The notes: generated from the sequence alone by a model not told the origin. A DNA stretch of 64,000 nt from Coraliomargarita sp. (GCA_965216325.1 OZ244160.1:1536001-1600000); one strand, 5' to 3'; positions 10,580 to 19,756 are shown, numbered from the stretch's first letter. Translations and numbers: made by a program.

Positions 10580-10908
10580 GTGAGCAACGAAGTTGCAGTT
10601 GAGTGGTTCAGCCTACGGCTGAGTTGGGTGGTTGAGTGCCGCGTAAAGCGCTTTGCGCCACGCGGTTGAAGTGGGAGACTCTTAATCGTAATCCTACTCT
10701 TAATCGTAATCTCTGTGGCTCTGGGGGAACCGTTAATTACGTGAATGGACGTTAATTTTTGGAGGATGGCTTTGCGGGGAAAGCGGAGCTTTTCCAGAGG
10801 CCGGAAGACAGAGGTCAGAGGACAGACTATTTTGCTGGAAGTGGGCTTCTACTTTTGGCTCTGTGGCGGGCGCATCAAGTTGCGCCCCTACGGCTGTGCG
10901 GAGTCCTG

Positions 10909-11280
10909 CTACTTTCGATGCGGAATATACTCTCGGATTTGCGTCGTGCTGACGATCCAGAGTTTACCGTTCATAGTCGTCACCTGGCTGAGTCCACGCA
11001 GCAAGACATCCAATGCTTGCAAGATCTCGGAATACGTGGGGGCTTTGGACGGACGCAATACGATGATGCCTGCATACTTCTCCGGCGGATACTGCACTGG
11101 ATTCGAAAAGTCTAAGTCCAGCGTGACTAAAATGCGCGCTTCGACACGGCAAACTTCAATCAAAACCTCATCAATTGTCCCGGCGAGTTGCTGCGCCGTC
11201 ACCGAGCTCACGTCATAACCTGCTGCAGTCAGCAAAGAAAGGCCGCGCCGACCAAGGTTTTCATCTAACTTAAATTTCAT
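10909..11280 (-). CDS. DUF5615/PIN-like toxin
   Basis: MKFKLDENL...D.......EARILVTLDLDFS...GIIVLR. Confidence 0.85.
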   Translation of the reverse strand: MKFKLDENLGRRGLSLLTAAGYDVSSVTAQQLAGTIDEVLIEVCRVEARILVTLDLDFSNPVQYPPEKYAGIIVLRPSKAPTYSEILQALDVLLRGLSQVTTMNGKLWIVSTTQIREYIPHRK

Positions 11281-11332
11281 CGCGTCGACGATTAACAAGC
11301 ACTTGAGCGGATCGACTCAACGGGGGCTTGAA

Positions 11333-11575
11333 CTAGGCAGTCTGCCCGAGCGGAACTTCGATGTAGCGCTCGCGCGACATCTCAGAACCATAAGCGATAC
11401 ATGCATAGATGTCTTCGCGCTCTAACTGTGGATAGTCTTCGAGGATCTCCTCCAAAGACATCTCAGTAAGCATATCCAGCACCAATGAGACCCAGATTCG
11501 ATGCCCCTTAATGCACGGCTTTCCGAAACAGACATCCGGATGAATCGAGATGCGGTCTAGATATTTTGGGTTCAT
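11333..11575 (-). CDS. DUF433 family antitoxin
   Basis: RISIHPDVCFGKPCIKGHRIWVSLVLD...YPQLEREDI.AC.AY. Confidence 0.9.
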   Translation of the reverse strand: MNPKYLDRISIHPDVCFGKPCIKGHRIWVSLVLDMLTEMSLEEILEDYPQLEREDIYACIAYGSEMSRERYIEVPLGQTA

Positions 11576-12174
11576 GTTACGTTAAAAATGGCAAAGGCAG
11601 GGTAAATGTCAATTGAGAGCCTGCGGCTTGAAGGGGAACGAGCCCCCAATGGGGTCATGTCATTACCTTTGTGGGTGTTCCTGGATGATTCTGCGCAAGA
11701 ACCTAGGGCTTCAGGGGAGACGGCGGGGGTGAAGGGGAACCGTTCATTACGTGAATGGACGTTAATTTTTGGAGGATGAAGGGACACCTAGTTTTTAGTC
11801 ATTAGGTATTAGGGTCTAGGCGCTTAATTTTAATCTCTGCGGCGGAGCTTTTCCAGAGGCCGGAAGACAGAGGTCAGAGGACAGACTATTTTGCTGGAAG
11901 TGCGCTTCTACTTTTGGCTATGTGGCGGGCGCATCAAGTTGCGCCCCTACGGCTGTGCGGAGTCTGCTACTTTCGATGCGGGGGCCCCAATGCGGTCACG
12001 TCATTAGCTTTGTGGGTGTTCATGGATGATTCTGCGCAAGAACCTAGGGCTTCAGGGGTGGTGGCGGAGCCGACGTGTGCGGGTGAACCTTTAATGAACA
12101 TTGATTCTTAGAGGGCAGTGGGCAGAAGTGCGTCCACCGCTCGACAAGCTCGCGACCTTCGGCAAGTGGAGCAC

Positions 12175-12333
12175 CTACGGATTTCGCTTTTTAAGCTGTT
12201 TAGCCAAAGCCAAAGCCTGAGCATTCCATTCCAACTTCTGGCGGAAGCTTAGCTTGCGGTCCGCATCACGGCGAGCTGCCTCTGCTCCGCTCCAAGTTGC
12301 TACCTTCCAACTGGCTGAATTCCCTTCACTCAT
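12175..12333 (-). CDS. 52-aa partner of the nucleotidyltransferase (putative TA component)
   Basis: Not in ORF track. MSEGNSASWKVATWSGAEAARRDADRKLSFRQKLEWNAQALALAKQLKKRNP*; start overlaps the upstream stop. Confidence 0.6.
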   Translation of the reverse strand: MSEGNSASWKVATWSGAEAARRDADRKLSFRQKLEWNAQALALAKQLKKRNP

Positions 12334-12829
12334 GGCCCTCATTCAATTGGTCCAACTCCTCTAAATCAAGCAAATCACGTGGCCGCCCGGCCTGCTGTTT
12401 CATCGCACGCAAGTGCTCTAGGCCAACCACTGGAATTACCGTGTCCGCCCCTAGCTCATACTCAACACGCTCCGCATACATATCGGAGAAAGCAAAGGGT
12501 TCCTCGACGAAAATATCGACGGGGCAATCCATCAGTTGCTCACTGACCAGCTGATAAACCTGCATCCCTTTCTCTTGCTGCCAAATCCGTCGTTTCTCGG
12601 GGTCTGCAAAGTCCATCAAATCTACCGGAATGTTTGGACGATACCCATAGCGTGCAAAGAGTTCGAGTGCGCGTCGCGGGTTATTGCCATCGAGTGCGAT
12701 CACCAAATCGAGGTCACGTGTCACTCGGAGATAGCCATGCGCCAAAACCGCCAGCCCGCCAACCACCAGATAGCGAACGCCTGCTGCGTTCAGCGCGGCA
12801 AACAACTTTTCTAAATGTTCGGGGTTCAT
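12326..12829 (-). CDS. nucleotidyltransferase family protein (DUF6036-like)
   Basis: YLVVGGLAV.AHG..R.T.DLD...L..MK..AGRP.D..D. Confidence 0.85.
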   Translation of the reverse strand: MNPEHLEKLFAALNAAGVRYLVVGGLAVLAHGYLRVTRDLDLVIALDGNNPRRALELFARYGYRPNIPVDLMDFADPEKRRIWQQEKGMQVYQLVSEQLMDCPVDIFVEEPFAFSDMYAERVEYELGADTVIPVVGLEHLRAMKQQAGRPRDLLDLEELDQLNEGHE

Positions 12830-12996
12830 TCTGACAGTGATGAATCGCGAGATACGCTCATAGTTTAAGCTGAAGCGACGAGGATAAAGGAATTACTACA
12901 TTCGGCGGGCGTCGCAATCAACGCCCCTACGATTTCACTTAAAACCTAATTACTTAACACTTAAGACTATCGACCGACCTATTAGCAGCTTTGCTG

Positions 12997-14511
12997 CTAA
13001 TAGGTCGGTCGATACAAATTCCTACTTTTCTGGGAGCGGTAGTCATTCGGCTCTTTCGCGATCGCTTCAAAGTTGAGCGGGCAGTCGTTCAACTCCTGCC
13101 AACGACTGGCAGCCGTGCCCCAGGCCTCGGCGGCAACGTCGGTAATAATCGCGAACTGGTGTTCGGAGAAATTCGCTTTCTCGGCATAGAGCTTCAGCTC
13201 CCCCGTAGCCCCTCCACGCACTGGATGTACATCGAGCCACACCAAGTCGGAGTCCTCATGCGTGTTCCCCGGCAGATAAAACTGGCGAACATCCTCACCG
13301 AGTTGCAGCTCGGCTTTACAAAAGCCCATCTTTTTCAACACAAAGTGAAAGTCCGTCCATAGGTGATTGCCGGAATCGGCACGCTCGACCTCCGCCACAA
13401 ACCAGTTTTTCAAATAGAGCGCATTCCTGGTATCGGCTCGCGCCTGGAAAGAGTCATTCAGCATCGCACGCAAAGAAGCTGCGGTGATTTTTTGACCACG
13501 CAAAATGAAGAGCACGATGACAAAGCCGAAGCCAAAGAAAATGGGTAGGTAACGCCCTTGATCTGCGAAGAAAAGCAGCGCTCCAACCAGTGCGACCAGG
13601 GAGCATCCATAGAGCACCATCACCGTGTTGCGGTGCGAGAGGCCCGTGCGCATGAGCCGGTGGTGAATATGCTGCTTGTCGGGACGAAAGAGCGGCAGGC
13701 CCCGAATTCCCCGACGAATCATCGCGAACGAAACGTCGATGATCGGCAGCGCCAGCGCCAAGACCGGAGCCAGTAAGGCCGCAGCGACCGCGCCCTTCTG
13801 CGAATTCAGCAAGGCCAGCGCGGCAATCACATAGCCGATCATGTAGGCACCCGAATCCCCCATGTATACCTTGGCTGGTGGAAAATTATGAAAGAGAAAT
13901 CCTAGAATCGCTCCGATCATTCCGAGCGCCATAATGAGCGAAAAGCCCCCCCCTCCAGTGGAATAGCTGAGATAGGCCAAGAGCACCATCAACATGAAGC
14001 CCACGCCGCCAGCCAAGCCATCGAGCCCATCAATCAAATTGATCAGGTTCATCACTGCCACAAACCAGAAAACAGTGATCCCCATCGAGAGTGGTCCAAA
14101 GGCGATCATGACATCGGTAAAGGGGATCATGAAGCGCTCGATCGACAAGCCACAGTAATAGGCCATCACACCCAAGCCAATCTGCGCCAGCAACTTGAGC
14201 TTCGCACCCAAGGGCCGCAGGTCATCAATAAAGCCTAGCAAGAAGGCACCCGCCCCCCCCACAAACACCGCATAGTGCATGAGTGTTTTGTTGTCTTTAT
14301 GATCCAACAACAGAAAGCACAGCAGATAGGTAACGCCAAAGCCAGCCACGAGCCCCACACCGCCGATGCGCGGAATGACACCGGTGTGCGTGTGGTGATG
14401 CTGTGGCTGTGCGGTGTTACCCTGCGCAAAACCAACGGCCAACAGACCATGAATCACGATCCACGCCGTGAGACAGCCAAGTAAGATGAAGAATAGGAAA
14501 GGGAAGAGCAT
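12997..14511 (-). CDS. WecA/MraY-family undecaprenyl-phosphate GlcNAc-1-phosphate transferase with C-terminal extension
   Basis: PRIGG, GFIDD, NLINLIDGLDGLA, NFPPAKVYMGDSG, PDKQHIHH; multiple TM segments. Confidence 0.92.
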   Translation of the reverse strand: MLFPFLFFILLGCLTAWIVIHGLLAVGFAQGNTAQPQHHHTHTGVIPRIGGVGLVAGFGVTYLLCFLLLDHKDNKTLMHYAVFVGGAGAFLLGFIDDLRPLGAKLKLLAQIGLGVMAYYCGLSIERFMIPFTDVMIAFGPLSMGITVFWFVAVMNLINLIDGLDGLAGGVGFMLMVLLAYLSYSTGGGGFSLIMALGMIGAILGFLFHNFPPAKVYMGDSGAYMIGYVIAALALLNSQKGAVAAALLAPVLALALPIIDVSFAMIRRGIRGLPLFRPDKQHIHHRLMRTGLSHRNTVMVLYGCSLVALVGALLFFADQGRYLPIFFGFGFVIVLFILRGQKITAASLRAMLNDSFQARADTRNALYLKNWFVAEVERADSGNHLWTDFHFVLKKMGFCKAELQLGEDVRQFYLPGNTHEDSDLVWLDVHPVRGGATGELKLYAEKANFSEHQFAIITDVAAEAWGTAASRWQELNDCPLNFEAIAKEPNDYRSQKSRNLYRPTY

Positions 14512-14635
14512 CGCGAAGCGATGGTCTGGCAAAGCCAGACAAGGTGTGAGGTTTTAGGGTTTAATTGTTAGGGATTAGGAACTGAACCGTTTAGACTGTA
14601 GAAGCAATTGCTTTTTAGGGGCTAGTCCTTACTTT

Positions 14636-15388
14636 CTAGAGCTTGCTTTGACGAGAACGAATTAGCCCCTGTAACATCTTCGCGACTTGTCCACACTCGT
14701 CTATGAGACCTGACAATGCCTCGACATCGCAATCATACACTTCGGCTGCGATCTCCAGTTGCGTGGACAATTCTGCTGCCGATGCTTTGGCAATGTTCAA
14801 AAAGCGGATGGACTCTCTGAGGGCATCACGCGCCTCGCCTTCAGCGAAGCTCCAAATGGGGTCATGTCATTAGCTTTGTGGGTGTTCATGGATGATTCTG
14901 CGCAAGAACCTAGGGCTACAGGGGAACGGCGGGGGTGAAGGGGAACCGTTCATTACGTGAATGGACGTTAATTTTTGGAGGATGGCTTTGCGGGGAAAGC
15001 GGAGCTTTTCCAGAGGCCGGAAGACAGAGGTCAGACTATTTTGCTGGAAGTGCGCTTCTACTTTGGGCTCTGTGGCGGGCGCATCAAGTTGCGCCCCTAC
15101 GGCGGTGCGGAGTCCTGCTACTTTCGTGGGCCAAAGGGGTCAAACGCAAAATCTAAAGACAGGCGCTGCGTGCCGAGGAGTCGTCAAGGAGTTGAGTCGT
15201 TCGGCGGAGCCAGGCGGCTACGCCGAGTGGTGAGTTTTGACTGGTGAAGGGTGAAGATTGATGAACGATGGAAGACCACAGAGTGAAGTGGAGACGGTGT
15301 AAGCACCGCACTATAACGACTGCTGCGCTTTACGCATTCGACAAACTTATCGACGCGAGGCTTGTAAATCTCGATAGCCTTCACTCAC
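14636..15388 (-). pseudogene. four-helix-bundle (TIGR02436/IVP/Avd-like) gene whose middle is replaced by a repeat mosaic
   Basis: N-terminus GTG-SEGYRDLQ at 15388-15362; C-terminus AEGEARD...RFLNIAKASAAELSTQLEIA...KMLQGLIRS..* at 14845-14636. Confidence 0.8.
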
Positions 15389-15451
15389 CACGTGCCTATC
15401 CTAATCCCTAACAACTAAGTCCTAAAAACTCCAGCATGGCAGCTTCGCTGG

Positions 15452-15468
15452 CATGCTGCCGCCCTTGG
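15452..15468 (-). promoter_or_regulatory. ops/JUMPstart-like element
   Basis: Minus strand CCAAGGGCGGCAGCATG resembles ops GGCGGTAGnnTG; lies upstream of and co-oriented with the polysaccharide genes. Confidence 0.4.
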
Positions 15469-15675
15469 TCGCACGGGACATTCCGAAACCAATTTTGGAG
15501 GTGCGCTTGCTATGAATGGATAGCGAATGGCGAAAAATGACTGTTAAAACGCGCTTGAGGCGCGGAGGGAGCGGCAGGGCCGCGATTGAAAATTAAAGAT
15601 TTAAAATTTCAGAGTTACAAAGTTCGGGCAATGCGAGTGGAGTCTTCAATATTCAATCGATAATCTGAAATAAGT

Positions 15676-16236
15676 CTAAATCACACTCTCACTGGAGTCG
15701 TCGGAGGATAATAATTCGGCCCCGCCGAGCACTGCAGTGACCACGGGCAGCAGTTTGACCATGCGCGCCTGCCAATTGATGAGGGTGCCCAAGCGTTGTT
15801 CGGCGTGCTTTCGCTGCGCGGGATCTGGCTCTGCCTCGATTAAGTCGCGGATGCCTTGAATCCTCGCAGCTCCGGACTGCAGGTGCGGATTGAACTGGTC
15901 CTGAATGAAGCCGCGCACCAAACGCTTGATCGAGAGCTCCGGCACGTAGTGATCCTTACGACTTCCAGCCACATACTGCACCTTCACCGCACCAAACTGG
16001 CGTAGCAGCTTTAAGCCCTGGCTGACGGAACCCTTGCTGATTCCCAAGCGCTCAACCTGATCGTCAAAGGTGAGCGGACGCTCCGCACAATACAGCACCC
16101 CATAGATCTCCCCCACCGAGCGCGGTAAGCCAATCAAATTGGCGGCACGGACAAACATCTCGACCATCGCGACTTCCCAGGGCTGCAAGGCTCTGGAGGG
16201 CGCTTCTTCAAAGGGAACTGTGGGCTCCGAGGGCAT
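15676..16236 (-). CDS. GbsR/MarR family transcriptional regulator
   Basis: GLPRSVGEIYGVLY....LTFD....L.ISKGSVSQGLK.L...G.RKD.Y; likely ATG at 16236. Confidence 0.85.
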   Translation of the reverse strand: MPSEPTVPFEEAPSRALQPWEVAMVEMFVRAANLIGLPRSVGEIYGVLYCAERPLTFDDQVERLGISKGSVSQGLKLLRQFGAVKVQYVAGSRKDHYVPELSIKRLVRGFIQDQFNPHLQSGAARIQGIRDLIEAEPDPAQRKHAEQRLGTLINWQARMVKLLPVVTAVLGGAELLSSDDSSESVI

Positions 16237-16336
16237 GAGGAGGGTCCGCGCAGTGGATCCGTTATTAGTCTTTAGGTGTTGGGCATTAGGAGGGCAGGAA
16301 CACTGCAGAACCACTATTCATGAACAATCGCGCCAA

Positions 16337-16360
16337 TTTGTTCAAGTTTTTTTGAACAAA
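16337..16360. promoter_or_regulatory. inverted repeat, candidate operator
   Basis: TTTGTTCAA-N6-TTGAACAAA upstream of the regulator gene. Confidence 0.45.
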
Positions 16361-16499
16361 CCATACAACTAATGCATTTAGCGGCAAAGCTCAAGAGGGC
16401 TTCACCCTAGAATACCGAGGACGCAATCGAGCATTGCGACCACCCACACCAGCGGGCTTCGCAAGCAAAGCCCCTGCTATGTTCGTTTCTGTCAAGAGT

Positions 16500-16790
16500 G
16501 TAGAAGCGTGTGAGTGTTTTTACATAAGATAAGTGGTTTGTTTTGATTGCAATCGTCTTTGAGCGTCCACCGCGCATGGCCTCGGAGTTTCGATGATCCG
16601 GGATAACCTGCTATCCGTGTTTCTGAGTGTTTCTCAGAAGAGCACACTATGACCTATCCATTGGGTCATTCAAAAGCTTGGTGGCGAAGTGGCCTATTCT
16701 ACAAAATCGTTGTGTTGGCAACAGGGGCTTGGTCAGACTCACTCCGCACAAAGGAAAACTGCAAAAGAACGTTAAAATCAGAGGGTGAAG
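16500..16790 (-). ncRNA. candidate bridge RNA/seekRNA (boundaries approximate)
   Basis: Contains AAGCCCCT and TTGTAG (both target halves) around a hairpin, plus a 7-nt match to the IS end. Confidence 0.65.
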
Positions 16791-16811
16791 GCCTTTAGCG
16801 TTGGTTCGGAC

Positions 16812-17900
16812 TTATGGGTTTTGTCTGCTTATCAGTCCGAAGTCTTCGAGACTGCATTGGCCAGTGCGTATGCGCCACCAGTCCACGGCGAACTGCCGGG
16901 CGATGGCCACGGCAATTTTCTTGCGGGTCGCCTTACTGGTGGTCTCGTCGCTGAGCTTGGCCTGCCATTTACGCACCCCACTGTAGCCGGGATTCCACCG
17001 GATCAATAACCAGGCGCACTCTTGTAGCATATGCCGCAGGCGGGGACTGCCGTGTTTGTTGATCGAGCCCTGGAAACGCCGATTTGCACTAGTGTCTTCG
17101 CTTGGGCACAGTCCGGTAAAGGAACTGACCGCCTTGCGGTTGTTGAATCGCTTCCAGTTGCAGACCTCACGTTCGATCTGTTCATAGAGGACCACCCCCA
17201 TGCCTTTAGGCAGCACCCGTTCCGGCTCGAGCGCTTCGATACGTTCTTCGATGTTGCTGATTAGCTCGCTAAAGTGCAGGCAGTTTAACCGCAGTGGCTC
17301 CAGCAGGCTGATCAAAAAATCGTCGAGCTGTTCGAGTAGCTGCATCCATTTGCGCGGCTTCCACCAGCCGCTGGGTAAGGGTTGATCGTAATACAGTCCC
17401 AGACTCTTACCACGCTTGGCCGCACGGCCACGTTCTTTGACGAAGCTTTCACGCTGCCGGGTTAGGCTGCGGTGACGCTCTTCTTGCTCGCTGGGCACAC
17501 GCACGACACTGAAGCTGCGGTCATTGCCCCGCAGATAGCCGTCCAGACTCAAGACCATTTGCAACGCATCACGCGCGTCGGTCTTTACCTTCTTACCATG
17601 AGTGTCCCAGTTGATCGGGCGGATTACGTGGTTGTTCACGCCCATCGCCTTGAGCTTGCGGTGCAGGCTGTAACCAAAAGGACCGGCCTCGTAGCAACTT
17701 TGCAACTGCTCGCACTGAGTGCTCAGCTGCTTAATCCATCGAAGGAAGATATCAGGCTTCATGCGCTTCGCGCGTGAAGGGGCGCTGCTATCGATCTTCA
17801 TGACCACCACGTAGGTGCTCGCATGCACGTCAATGCCAAGCTTGATTACTGTGCCCAGTGCGTTCTTAGTTGTCCGTGTAGATGATGTGGGGTTTTGCAT
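16812..17900 (-). CDS. IS110-family DEDD transposase/recombinase
   Basis: GIDVH, YEAG, KTDARDA (DEDD) and GLCPSEDTSA...GSINKHG C-terminal domain. Confidence 0.93.
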   Translation of the reverse strand: MQNPTSSTRTTKNALGTVIKLGIDVHASTYVVVMKIDSSAPSRAKRMKPDIFLRWIKQLSTQCEQLQSCYEAGPFGYSLHRKLKAMGVNNHVIRPINWDTHGKKVKTDARDALQMVLSLDGYLRGNDRSFSVVRVPSEQEERHRSLTRQRESFVKERGRAAKRGKSLGLYYDQPLPSGWWKPRKWMQLLEQLDDFLISLLEPLRLNCLHFSELISNIEERIEALEPERVLPKGMGVVLYEQIEREVCNWKRFNNRKAVSSFTGLCPSEDTSANRRFQGSINKHGSPRLRHMLQECAWLLIRWNPGYSGVRKWQAKLSDETTSKATRKKIAVAIARQFAVDWWRIRTGQCSLEDFGLISRQNP

Positions 17901-17949
17901 AAGTTTATCATCATAGCACTTCCGTGCTCCTGATAAACGCCCATGTCAT

Positions 17950-19570
17950 CTACAACGCAAGGTAGGGGCGCGACTCGACGCGCCCGCCGACAGAGTAGCA
18001 ACCCGCCACACGTAAACGGGCGTGCGCGAGGCCCGCCCCTACAATACACGGGCCGAAAACAGAGACAGAGCCTATCCGGAGCATGGCAATGGCGGAGCAT
18101 TGCCCTCCAGCCAAATAGCACAAAGTTAAGCGCCTGGAGTTAAGAACGTAGGGCTTCTGCTTGCAGAATGCCGCAGCGTTGTAAGCCACGTCAGCGGCTC
18201 CGCCATTCGGCCTAAGCTCAGGATCGAAGGCAAGCAAAGCCCTACAACGCAAGGTAGGGGCGCGACTCGACGCGCCCGCCAACAGAGCAGCAACCCGTCA
18301 TACGTAACCGGGCGTGCGCGAGGCCCGCCCCTACAATACACGGGCCGACCACAGAGACAGAGCCTATCCGGAGCATGGCAATGGCGGAGCATTGCCCTCC
18401 ACCCAAATGACACAAAGTTAAGCGTCTGGAGTTCAGAACGTAGGGCTTCTGCTTGCAGAATGCCGCAGCGTTGTAAGCCACGTCAGCGGCTCCGCCATTC
18501 GGCCTAAGCTCAGGATCGAAGGCAAGCAAAGCCCTACAACGCAAGGTAGGGGCGCGACTCGACGCGCCCGCCGACAGAGCAGCAACCCGTCATACGTAAC
18601 CGGGCGTGCGCGAGGCCCGCCCCTACAATACACGGGCCGAAAACAGAGACAGAGCCTATCAGGAGCATGGCAATGGCGGAGCATTGCCCTCCACCCAAAT
18701 GGCACAAAGTTAAGCGTCTGGAGTTCAGAACGTAGGGCTTCTGCTTGCAGAATGCCGCAGCGTTGTAAGCCACGTCAGCGGCTCCGCCATTCGGCCTAAG
18801 CTCAGGATCGAAGGCAAGCAAAGCCCCTACAACGCAAGGTAGGGGCGCGACTCGACGCGCCCGCCAACAAAGCAGCAACCCGTCATACGTAAACGGGCGT
18901 GCGCGAGGCCCGCCCCTACAGTACACGGGCCGACCACAGAGACAGAGCCATCCGGAGCATGGCAATGGCGGAGCATTGCCCTCCAGCCAAATAGCACAAA
19001 GTTAAGCGTCTGGAGTTCAGAACGTAGGGCTTCTGCTTGCAGAATGCCGCAGCGTTGTAAGCCACGTCAGCTCGCCATTCGGCCTAAGCTCAGGATCGAA
19101 GGCAAGCAAAGCCCTACAACGCAAGGTAGGGGCGCGACTCGACGCGCCCGCCAACAAAGCAGCAACCCGTCATACGTAAACGGGCGTGCGCGAGGCCCGC
19201 CCCTACAATACACGGGCCGACCACAGAGACAGAGCCTATCCGGAGCATGGCAATGGCGGAGCATTGCCCTCCAGCCAAATGACACAAAGTTAAGCGCCTG
19301 AGTTCAGAACGTAGGGCTTCTGCTTGCAGAATGCCACAGCGTTGTAAGCCACGTCAGCGGCTCCGCCATTCGGCCTAAGCTCAGGATCGAAGGCAAGCAA
19401 AGCCCCTACAACGCAAGGTAGCGGCGCGACTCGACGCGCCCGCCAACAAAGCAGCAACCCGTCATACGTAAACGGGCGTGCGCGAGGCCCGCCCCTACAG
19501 TACACGGGCCGACCACAGAGACAGAGCCATCCGGAGCATGGCAATGGCGGAGCATTGCCCTCCAGCCAAA
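17950..19570. repeat. tandem array, ~5.6 copies of a ~292-bp BIME-like REP composite
   Basis: Unit starts at 17950, 18242, 18534, 18827, 19114, 19406; near-identical; five REP-like hairpins per unit. Confidence 0.95.
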
Positions 19571-19756
19571 AACAAACACCTAACTAAGTTCCGAACGAAG
19601 CAATGAAGTGCGTTGAGCACGTAAATAGTGCACCGTAGGTGTGCCCGTAGTGTAATGGAGAGTGACCAAACTGGGTGCCCTCTGGGCGAGTGAGGAAACA
19701 CAAGACCGGATGCGGAGCAGACCGGACCACTTAAAACTAAAGCAGCTACGCTGCGC

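Larger units (their letters stand above)
2640..15364. repeat. dispersed mosaic of recurring intergenic blocks between cassettes
   Basis: Block A (ccaaatggggtcatgtcatt...ctagggcttcagggg) x7; block B (gaaccgttcattacgtgaatggacgttaatt) x12; block C x3; block D x6; block E x5; 250-bp block F x2; others x2-3. Confidence 0.93.
16474..17951 (-). mobile_element. IS110-family (IS1111-like) insertion sequence inserted in a REP
   Basis: Flanks rejoin to gcaagcaaagccc-CT-acaacgcaagg, identical to intact junctions in the adjacent tandem array; CT at both ends; imperfect subterminal IRs; long 3' non-coding end. Confidence 0.9.

Noticed and set aside
4484..14973. Block B as integron attC sites
   Set aside because: It has an AAC...GTT palindrome but is only ~31 bp, lacks the RYYYAAC/GTTRRRY pair on the coding strand and L boxes, occurs 0-2 times per spacer, and no integron integrase is present
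4390..15125. Block array as a degenerate CRISPR
   Set aside because: Spacing is irregular and the intervening sequences are themselves repeated blocks or genes
17950..19570. CRISPR array
   Set aside because: Sequences between palindromes are near-identical between units rather than unique spacers; period ~292 bp; no cas genes
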